A stretch of 30,380 nucleotides of DNA from Chthonomonadales bacterium (lineage in GTDB: Bacteria > Armatimonadota > Chthonomonadetes > Chthonomonadales > CAJBBX01): assembly GCA_049967475.1 (NCBI GenBank), contig JBMFSQ010000014.1, positions 56,358 through 86,737 on the forward strand, written 5' to 3'. Position numbers and translations under genes: made by a program. Positions 9,615 to 16,929 of this stretch are shown here, piece after piece (the stretch's first letter is position 1; every line of letters begins with the position of its first letter). The notes beneath the pieces were generated by a model. The model did not search any database. It had not been told where the DNA came from and was given only the letters and a program-made list of their open reading frames with translations.

Positions 9615-11403
9615 ACTGACCGAAGCCCTTGCCATGCGCTTCGCGTCGGACCTTTTCTTTCGGGCGCTGCTGGAGGTGGCGGAACCCGTTAAGGCGTCTG
9701 AAGCGGTTCGATTGGTCCAGCGCGATGATGTAGACCTTCGCCTCGCCCGCGTGATCCTCGCCAGCTTCCCACAGCGCTTTACCCTGGTCGAACGCAAATG
9801 GGCTCCCGCCATCCGCATGGCCGATCCTACGCGACCCACAGAACGCAACCTTTCCGACGTTCTAGACGCCGCTGGAGTGCCCCTTTCGGTGGAATGCCTC
9901 GCTCGCGAACTGGGCGCCATCTATAAACGGCCTGCAGAGATCTATGAGCCCATCCTTAATCGGCTGTTGGCAAACTCCGATCTCTATTTCCCTGTTCCGG
10001 GCCGCAGGTTCGGTCTCGCAAAATGGCTCCTCATCACCACCGGACCATCCGATGAGGACGTTCGCTTCGACAATTACATCAAACCCTCGGACCTAACGCC
10101 CTACGAGGCCGCATCTCAGGGGATGGACCCTGAGGATGTGTCCTCCGTGGTAGCCTTCCTGGACGAGGTGCGGGCGCCCGTGCCCAACCGCATCCTGCAA
10201 TACCTCGCATGGCGCGTTAATCCGCGGCGCTTCAACCCTGCCCGCTTCTTCACAGCCCTCCTCGAAGACGGCCGCTCGGTATGCCTGTCCGACGGCATGT
10301 GGATCGGACCGGCCGCAGCATCTGCGCTGGCATCCTTCTTCCCGGCCATCGCAGAGCATGAGGTGGACGAATTCGGTGAGGCAGCCAAAGCCGAAGCCCA
10401 GCAGCCCCTCGTTATCTCCGACGCCGACTTGGCTCAGCTCGTGGATGCCGTCCTCAAGAACCCAACCACAACCCGGGCATCCCGCCTCCTGGAGGATCTC
10501 TTTGAAGTGTCCCCCGGAGACCCCACATACGAGGGCGATCTTCAGACAGTTGTTCGTGCACTCCAGGCAAGCGACCAGGTGATTTGGCTCGGGTCGGACC
10601 GCTTCCTGCCTCAGGGAGCGATCCACGAATATATCTACACCGTTCCCGAGATCCTTCGCTTCCCAACAGTCCACTACACAGATCAGGAAGGGAACGAGGT
10701 GGACCTCCTCCTAGAGGATGAGGGGCTCGACGGCGGGCTTCAGAGAGAGATTATGAACCCGCTGGCACAGGATGTACTGGACGAGGAGCCCGCCTATGAA
10801 CCCGACCCCAATCCGCCGGCTACGGCGCGCTGCGTCCTCAAATTCCACCACAAGGAGATCGGCACGCTTCCGCTGAGCATGCTCGCACCAGGCTTCTTCC
10901 CGGTAGAGCCCAAGATCCTCCAAGTGCAGGTAGTGCTGCCGAACGGTCACCGGGTTGAGGCGTGGGTGAACAACGACACGCGCCTGCTCTACGGGCTTCT
11001 GGATTGGTACAACACGCTCCCGGTAGACTCCGGTGCCGTGTTCTACCTGGAGCGGCAGGCGCCGGATCAGTACGTGATCACATACGGAGAAGAGACGGAA
11101 CCCTCCATGTTCATCAGCCGCAACCGAGTGAACGACCTTCTGGAATTGGGGCGCAACGCCGAAGTGGAGCAGCTTCCAACCTTTGACATCCTGCGGCAGA
11201 TCATGGAGCACTACCGCAAGGGCATCGAATACCTCACCTTGCTCACCGAGGTGAACATCGCCCGCAGGACCACGCGGCGGATGGTGGCGTCTCTCCTTTC
11301 GGAGTACCATTGCTTCTTCCAGCGCGGCGGCGCATGGGTCTATGACGCCCGCAAGCTCAGCCAGGGCTTCGACCGCAGCAAGCGCAAGTACCTGAAGAAG
11401 TAG
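9592..11403 (+). CDS. Hypothetical 603-aa protein with about five winged-helix-like repeats and a beta-rich internal domain
   Basis: GGAGGA RBS before GTG 9592, overlapping the rimO end. Long ORF with typical GC3 bias. Internal repeats end in aromatic wing motifs resembling RNA polymerase delta N-terminal/HARE-HTH domains. Confidence 0.8.
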   Translation: MSIATKPELTEALAMRFASDLFFRALLEVAEPVKASEAVRLVQRDDVDLRLARVILASFPQRFTLVERKWAPAIRMADPTRPTERNLSDVLDAAGVPLSVECLARELGAIYKRPAEIYEPILNRLLANSDLYFPVPGRRFGLAKWLLITTGPSDEDVRFDNYIKPSDLTPYEAASQGMDPEDVSSVVAFLDEVRAPVPNRILQYLAWRVNPRRFNPARFFTALLEDGRSVCLSDGMWIGPAAASALASFFPAIAEHEVDEFGEAAKAEAQQPLVISDADLAQLVDAVLKNPTTTRASRLLEDLFEVSPGDPTYEGDLQTVVRALQASDQVIWLGSDRFLPQGAIHEYIYTVPEILRFPTVHYTDQEGNEVDLLLEDEGLDGGLQREIMNPLAQDVLDEEPAYEPDPNPPATARCVLKFHHKEIGTLPLSMLAPGFFPVEPKILQVQVVLPNGHRVEAWVNNDTRLLYGLLDWYNTLPVDSGAVFYLERQAPDQYVITYGEETEPSMFISRNRVNDLLELGRNAEVEQLPTFDILRQIMEHYRKGIEYLTLLTEVNIARRTTRRMVASLLSEYHCFFQRGGAWVYDARKLSQGFDRSKRKYLKK

Positions 11404-11417
11404 CGCAGATCGGCACC

Positions 11418-11448
11418 AACGGGGGCATCGGGCAGCCGGGCCCCCGTT
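11418..11448 (+). other. GC-rich hairpin immediately upstream of gltX
   Basis: AACGGGGGC ... GCCCCCGTT perfect 9-bp inverted repeat with no U-tract. Confidence 0.5.
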
Positions 11449-11461
11449 CCTTGGAACAATC

Positions 11462-12961
11462 ATGACTGTGCGCGTTCGTTATGCTCCCAGCCCAACGGGG
11501 TCTCCCCACGTGGGAAATCTGAGAACCGCCATCTATAACTGGCTGCTTGCCCGCAAGACCGGAGGCGTCTTCATCGCCCGCCTGGAAGACACGGATCGGG
11601 ATCCGGAACGGTATCGGCCCGAAGCCATTGCCGAAATCGAAGAGAGCCTGCGCTTTCTGGGTATGGAGCCCGACGAATGGTGGGTGTCCGGCGGGCCCTA
11701 TGGCCCCTATGTGCAATCTCAGCGGCTCCATCTCTACCGTGATGCGGCCGAAGAACTCATTGCAAAAGGCATGGCCTACCGCTGCTATTGCACGGAGGAA
11801 CGCCTTCAAGAGATGCGCCGCCGCCAGCAGCAGCAGGGGCTCCCCACCGGTTACGACCGGCGGTGCCGTCGGCTCACTCCCGATGAGCGCGCCCGGTATG
11901 AAGCGCAAGGGCTTCCCTCCGTGGTGCGCTTGGCTGTTCCCCTCGATGGAACAACTGCCTATCACGACGAAGTGTATGGTGACGTGAAAGTCGAAAACCG
12001 CACAGTAGACGACCAGGTGCTCCTCAAATCCAACGGTTGGCCTACCTACCACCTGGCCGAGGTCGTGGATGATCATGCACAGCAGATTACCCACGTAATC
12101 CGCGGTGAGGATTGGATGCCGTCCACACCCAAACACGTAATGCTCTTCCGCGCTTTTGGCTGGCCTGAGCCCAAATGGGTGCATGTGCCCCTTATCCTCG
12201 GTAAGGACCGCAAGAAGCTCAGCAAGAGGCACGGTTCTACGCAGTTTTTAGACTTCGTGCGCGCCGGGTACCTCCCGGAGGCTCTCATCAACTTCCTCGC
12301 CCTGCTCGGATGGTCCGCCGGCGAAGAGAACCGCGAGCTGTTCAGCGTCCATGAGCTCATCGAGCGCTTCAGCCTGGAAGGCATCAGTAAGCATCCTGCT
12401 GTGTTTGATTACGACAAGTTGCGCTGGATGAACGGGGAGTATATCCGTTCTGCGCCTCCGCAGCAATTGCTGCAACGGTGTATCCCCTTCCTGCAAGCAC
12501 ACGGATGGGTGTCTGCACCCCCCTCGCAGGAAGAAGAGGCCTACGCAGCGAAGGTAATCCCGCTGGTGGCCGACCGGATGAAAACGCTTTCTGAGGTAGG
12601 GGAATTAGCCGGTTTCTTTTTCTGCGACCCCGACGTTCCGGAAGAAAAGGGCCGGCGCAAATGGCTGGCGGATGCTCGGGCCATTGCGATCCTTGCAGAA
12701 GCAGTGAGCCGGATGGAACAGTTGCCCCAGGATTTTACGCCTGCCGATGCTGAAGACGCAGTAAACCGCATAGCATCGGCCCTGAACCTAGAGCGCGCCC
12801 CGGTGATCCACACCCTGCGCGTGGCCGTGACGGGGCGGACGGTAGGCCCCGGGCTCTTCGACACCCTGGCTGCCTTGGGCAGAGAACGCATTCTCCGGAG
12901 GCTCCAGCGCGCCCGGGAATGGGTCCAGCCGCAGGACGCCGAGGCATCGCTGCCGCCGTAG
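11462..12961 (+). CDS. gltX: Glutamate--tRNA ligase
   Basis: RYAPSPTG, HVGN (HIGH motif), RLEDTD, PTYHLA..VDD, THVIRGEDW, KLSKRHG (KMSKS motif) and a full-length anticodon-binding domain (LRVAVTG...PGL). Confidence 0.97.
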   Translation: MTVRVRYAPSPTGSPHVGNLRTAIYNWLLARKTGGVFIARLEDTDRDPERYRPEAIAEIEESLRFLGMEPDEWWVSGGPYGPYVQSQRLHLYRDAAEELIAKGMAYRCYCTEERLQEMRRRQQQQGLPTGYDRRCRRLTPDERARYEAQGLPSVVRLAVPLDGTTAYHDEVYGDVKVENRTVDDQVLLKSNGWPTYHLAEVVDDHAQQITHVIRGEDWMPSTPKHVMLFRAFGWPEPKWVHVPLILGKDRKKLSKRHGSTQFLDFVRAGYLPEALINFLALLGWSAGEENRELFSVHELIERFSLEGISKHPAVFDYDKLRWMNGEYIRSAPPQQLLQRCIPFLQAHGWVSAPPSQEEEAYAAKVIPLVADRMKTLSEVGELAGFFFCDPDVPEEKGRRKWLADARAIAILAEAVSRMEQLPQDFTPADAEDAVNRIASALNLERAPVIHTLRVAVTGRTVGPGLFDTLAALGRERILRRLQRAREWVQPQDAEASLPP

Positions 12962-12987
12962 CGGTCGGCCCAGGCAAAGAGGAGATC

Positions 12988-13728
12988 ATGCCATCCATCA
13001 TAGACGTCAACACGATCTTCGGCCCGCTTCCGGAAGCAGCCGCAGATCTCTCGGTGGACGATCTTACTGCACTCATGCATCGCCACTCGGTTGATGCATG
13101 CTGTACGCTTTCCACCATCGGGCTGCTTCTGGATCACCGGATGGGGAATGCTGCAACCAAGGCAGCCTGTTCCGAGAACCCCCGCTTCATTCCGGTTGCT
13201 ACCATGAACCCGCAGAGCTTTTACGGCGGGGAAGGGCCCCACCTTCGTTTCCGCGCCGACGGCTTCAAACTGGCCCGCTTCTTTCCAGGCGCCCAGGGCT
13301 GGGTTCCCGATTATGAACCCTTCATCGCGCTGGTGCGGGCTCTTGAAGCTGAGGGACTTCCAATTATGGTAGACGTGTCCCGTCCCGGTGAAGCGACGCG
13401 GCTGGTGCAATCCCTGGGGGTAGATCCGGCTCCCCTCGTGCTGGCAGGTGTGGATGAGCAGACGTTGGCCGAGGCGCTGGTACTCATGCGGGCCCATCCC
13501 AACCTCTATGTGGAAACATCGCATCTGTTGGCGCTGGGAGCCATCAAGCACGTGGTGGAGCATGTGGGCGCCGAGCGCGTCCTCTTCGGATCCGGAGCGC
13601 CTGCGCGGCCCATGGCGGGCGCGCTGGCAGTGGTTCGCCATTCCGGCGTTCCTGAAGAAGAACAGTCCCACATTCTCGGCGCCAATGCGGCGCGCCTTCT
13701 GGGCGTCACTTTGCCATCCCACGGTTGA
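12988..13728 (+). CDS. Amidohydrolase-2 fold protein with degenerate metal/catalytic motifs
   Basis: IIDVNT (HxH lost), HPNLYVETS, GAERVLFGSGAP (Asp to Gly) and ILGANAARLL. GAGGAG RBS before ATG 12988. Confidence 0.8.
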   Translation: MPSIIDVNTIFGPLPEAAADLSVDDLTALMHRHSVDACCTLSTIGLLLDHRMGNAATKAACSENPRFIPVATMNPQSFYGGEGPHLRFRADGFKLARFFPGAQGWVPDYEPFIALVRALEAEGLPIMVDVSRPGEATRLVQSLGVDPAPLVLAGVDEQTLAEALVLMRAHPNLYVETSHLLALGAIKHVVEHVGAERVLFGSGAPARPMAGALAVVRHSGVPEEEQSHILGANAARLLGVTLPSHG

Positions 13729-14495
13729 GCGAGGGAGGGAAGCCATTGCCTGTTTTTGATATTCATACCTTCATGGGAGGCAGCGTCGTACCGGGCGTGT
13801 CGGCCAACGCAGGTGCCGTTCTCACAGAGGCTGCCTCGCGATCCGTTGACGCTGTGGTGCTCATGTCGGCTCATGCGCGCAGAGTGGACCCCATCGCCGG
13901 CAACCGCGTATTGGCCCGAATGATCGAGCAGGCGCCTCATCTTTACGGGTGCATGTTGGCGAATACGAGCCGCGTAGAAGCCTCTACCGCCGTGATGAGG
14001 GAACTCATGCCCCAGCGCAAATTCGTAGCCATGGCTATCGTCAGCGGCAGATGGAATGACCCGGTTCGCCGCCTTGTTGCCGACGACCTAATCAACAGCT
14101 ACCGCCGCTATTCCAAGCCCCTCTTCCTCTTTACACCTACGGGAGAGGCCGTGGCAGCCGCGCTGGAAATCGCACGCGCCTATCCCATGCTGAAGATGGT
14201 CCTCCTGGGAATGGGAGGCGCCGACTGGCGTGCAGCCGTAGCTGCAGCGCATCAGTGCACCAACATCCTGCTTGAAACTTCTGGGGCTCTCGACCGGGCA
14301 AAGATCCCTGCAGCAGTCGCAGCCCTCGGCGCCCACCGCATCCTGTTCGGCTCGGGTTCGCCGCACCTGGACCCTGTGGCGGCTGTGGGGCTGTTGGACG
14401 ATTCTGACCTGAGCGAGGATGTGCGGCGCAAAATCCTCTACGACAATGCCGCACGCCTCTTCGGCATAACTCAAGCTTCCAAAGCCGAGGAGTGA
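13725..14495 (+). CDS. Amidohydrolase-2 fold protein with degenerate metal/catalytic motifs
   Basis: VFDIHTF, NILLETSG, GAHRILFGSGSP (Asp to Gly) and KILYDNAARLFG. The TTG start overlaps the upstream TGA, although a slightly later start is possible. Confidence 0.8.
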   Translation: MSEGGKPLPVFDIHTFMGGSVVPGVSANAGAVLTEAASRSVDAVVLMSAHARRVDPIAGNRVLARMIEQAPHLYGCMLANTSRVEASTAVMRELMPQRKFVAMAIVSGRWNDPVRRLVADDLINSYRRYSKPLFLFTPTGEAVAAALEIARAYPMLKMVLLGMGGADWRAAVAAAHQCTNILLETSGALDRAKIPAAVAALGAHRILFGSGSPHLDPVAAVGLLDDSDLSEDVRRKILYDNAARLFGITQASKAEE

Positions 14496-14524
14496 CGCAT
14501 CGGCCGAAGCGACGTTCAAAGGAA

Positions 14525-14551
14525 GGTTGCCGCAGAACCGCGGCCTTTTTT
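14525..14551 (+). terminator. Intrinsic terminator closing the rimO-gltX-amidohydrolase cluster
   Basis: GCCGC-agaacc-GCGGC stem followed by C and TTTTTT. Confidence 0.65.
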
Positions 14552-14685
14552 GAAGGGGGCGCCCTTCCCGTCGTGCTCCGGAGTGGGAAGCTGTCCGTAA
14601 TCGGAGAGCCTTGCGCTCGAGCCCGCTATCCCATGCGGAGGCTCGGCGGCACGCCCGGCAGGAGGGCCTTCGCAGTGAGGACACC

Positions 14686-15864
14686 ATGGCGCGCCTGAAC
14701 AAGGAAGCCTTGCTCTTCGCTGGGGCGGTGGTTCTGGTGGCGGCGCTCACTGCAACGACTGCGCGGAGCGAATTCGGCCGCGCGAAGCAGGCAGAACCGT
14801 CCAGCTACAGCGTGGGCCCAGCCGGATATGGCGCCGCGTACCGCCTTCTACGTGCAGAAGGCTATCCCGTCGGCCGGCTGGAAGCTCCCTACACCTCCCT
14901 CCCTTCCCAACCGGCGCTGATCATCGCATGTACCCCCTTTGACCGGGCTGTAGAAAGTGCAGAAGCAGCAAGGCTGGATCAATGGCTTCGACTGGGCGGC
15001 GTGTTGGTTCTGGTGGAAGGCGCTGCGGAAGACACCTTGAATGACCGCTTCGGCATCCGCCTCGACCAAGCATCCGCCCGCCGGGTTTCGCTCATTCCGG
15101 AGGACCCGGCTTCGCCGTTCATGAAGGACGTGTCCAAGGTGCGCGTGTCCGGAGAATTGCGCGTGGCCCGGTCAGTCGGAAAGCGCTTCCATACACTCGT
15201 AGCGTCGGGCGGAGCTTATCTCATCACGTGGCAACATCTGCTCGGGCGCGTTTTGGCGGCCACAGACGGCATCGGATGGAACAACCGCAACATCGCCGCT
15301 GACGATAACGCAGTGCTCCTCGTGAACATTGCCGGCTGGTTTCACGCCCTCCATCCCGAAGGCCGCATCCTCTTTGATGAGTATCATCACGGATACGGCA
15401 TCAATACCGCTGCCCCCTCCCTGTGGCAGATCATCGGATCCGTTGGGCGGGGGCTTCTTTTCTACGGATTGGGTGTCTTCGTACTGGTTGTTGTCAATCT
15501 CAACCGGCGCTTCGGTACCCCCCGCCCTCTGCCGCAAGGACACCGCGTCCAAACGCTGGACTATGTAACTTCCATGGGCGCCCTCTACAGGCGCGCACGC
15601 GCCACGGACCTTCCCATAGAGATCCTCTATCGAGACTTGGTGCGTGTCCTTACCACCCGGCTGGACTTGCCGCCGGACGCCGCCACAGACGCCATCGTTC
15701 GGGCAGCAGGAAGCATCCTCCATTGGAACGAAACAGAGGTGGGGGCTGTCCTCCGCAATTGTGAAGCCGTGCTGGCGACGCGCACTGCCTCCGAGGCCGA
15801 GATGCTCACCCTGGCCCGGGCGCTCAATAACCTTCGAAGGAGAGCTGAGAGTGCCAGACCCTGA
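14686..15864 (+). CDS. DUF4350-like membrane protein (MoxR-associated)
   Basis: N-terminal TM segment, PSSYSVGPAGY, ILFDEYHHGY, a second TM followed by RRFG.P, and YVTSMGALYRRA. Lies directly upstream of a MoxR gene. Confidence 0.8.
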   Translation: MARLNKEALLFAGAVVLVAALTATTARSEFGRAKQAEPSSYSVGPAGYGAAYRLLRAEGYPVGRLEAPYTSLPSQPALIIACTPFDRAVESAEAARLDQWLRLGGVLVLVEGAAEDTLNDRFGIRLDQASARRVSLIPEDPASPFMKDVSKVRVSGELRVARSVGKRFHTLVASGGAYLITWQHLLGRVLAATDGIGWNNRNIAADDNAVLLVNIAGWFHALHPEGRILFDEYHHGYGINTAAPSLWQIIGSVGRGLLFYGLGVFVLVVVNLNRRFGTPRPLPQGHRVQTLDYVTSMGALYRRARATDLPIEILYRDLVRVLTTRLDLPPDAATDAIVRAAGSILHWNETEVGAVLRNCEAVLATRTASEAEMLTLARALNNLRRRAESARP

Positions 15865-16867
15865 AGAAACGGTCTTTGACGAACAAACCCGCGACCATGC
15901 CGCAGCCCCCGCGCCCGATAGCCCGGTCACGCAGGTCGCCGGACGCGTCTTCCGCGAGATGGAGAAGGTCCTTGTCGGCCAGCATGACCTGCAAGAGGCC
16001 CTCATTGTAGCCCTTCTGGCACGCGGGCATATCCTTCTCGAGGGCGTTCCGGGAACCGCCAAAACCCTGGCCGTGCGCGCCTTCGCGCACCTTTGCCGCG
16101 TCAGCTTCGCCCGCATCCAGTTCACCCCGGATCTCATGCCCTCCGACCTGGTAGGTACCAACGTATACAATCAGCAGAAACACCTCTTCGAACTGCGCAA
16201 GGGGCCCATTTTCGCCGGCATCGTCCTTGCTGACGAAGTCAACCGTACCCCTCCAAAGACACAAGCGGCGCTTCTGGAGGCCATGGAAGAACGCCAGGCG
16301 ACGATAGATGGCGTGTCGCATCCCTTGCCTGACCCTTTCCTGGTGTGCGCAACCCAGAACCCCATCGAGTATGAAGGAACCTATCCGTTGCCTGAGGCGC
16401 AGCTCGACCGTTTCATGATGAAGGTGCTCGTAACCTATCCCGAATTGGATGACGAAGTGCAGATCCTCGCACGCCGGCAAGCGGGTTTTGATGCGGCAGA
16501 CCTCGCAACAGCGCACCTCGAACCGGTCATCGCACCTGAGGATCTGCCGGTGCTGAGGGGATGGGTGCAAGCCGTTACGGTGACGCCTGCCGTTCAAAAG
16601 TATATCGTGGAGATTGCCCGCGCAGTCCGGGCGAACCGCCACGCCGTGCTGGGACCCTCTCCACGCGCATCCGTAACCCTCATGATGGCGGCGAAGGCTC
16701 TGGCGGCTGTTCGGGGGCGCGACTTCGTGACGCCTGATGACGTCAAGTCCTTGGCGCTTCCCGTGCTGCGCCACCGCATCATCCTTAAGCCCGAGAGCGA
16801 GATCGAAGGATATTCTGCAGACCGGGTGCTCCGGTCTGTGCTCGAGAGCGTGGAAGTGCCCCGATGA
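15851..16867 (+). CDS. moxR: MoxR family AAA+ ATPase
   Basis: HILLEGVPGTAKT (Walker A), RIQFTPDLMPSD, LADEVNRTPPKTQAALLEAM, ATQNPIEYEGTYPLPEAQLDRF and GPSPRA. GAAGGAG RBS before GTG 15851. Confidence 0.93.
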   Translation: MPDPEETVFDEQTRDHAAAPAPDSPVTQVAGRVFREMEKVLVGQHDLQEALIVALLARGHILLEGVPGTAKTLAVRAFAHLCRVSFARIQFTPDLMPSDLVGTNVYNQQKHLFELRKGPIFAGIVLADEVNRTPPKTQAALLEAMEERQATIDGVSHPLPDPFLVCATQNPIEYEGTYPLPEAQLDRFMMKVLVTYPELDDEVQILARRQAGFDAADLATAHLEPVIAPEDLPVLRGWVQAVTVTPAVQKYIVEIARAVRANRHAVLGPSPRASVTLMMAAKALAAVRGRDFVTPDDVKSLALPVLRHRIILKPESEIEGYSADRVLRSVLESVEVPR

Positions 16868-16929
16868 CCAAGGCCGCCGCCCATTCGTGATCCCTTGTAG
16901 CCGCACAACGTCGGCAAGGAGGCTGGGCC

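Noticed and set aside
11462..12961. gltX as GluQ, or assignment as discriminating versus non-discriminating GluRS
   Set aside because: The full anticodon-binding domain rules out GluQ. Specificity cannot be decided without knowing whether glnS and gatCAB are present.
12541..13746. Long antisense ORFs (also 15824-17011, 17329-18378, 27952-29169 and 29380-30267)
   Set aside because: These are typical GC-rich shadows opposite well-supported genes or tRNAs, with no recognisable motifs.
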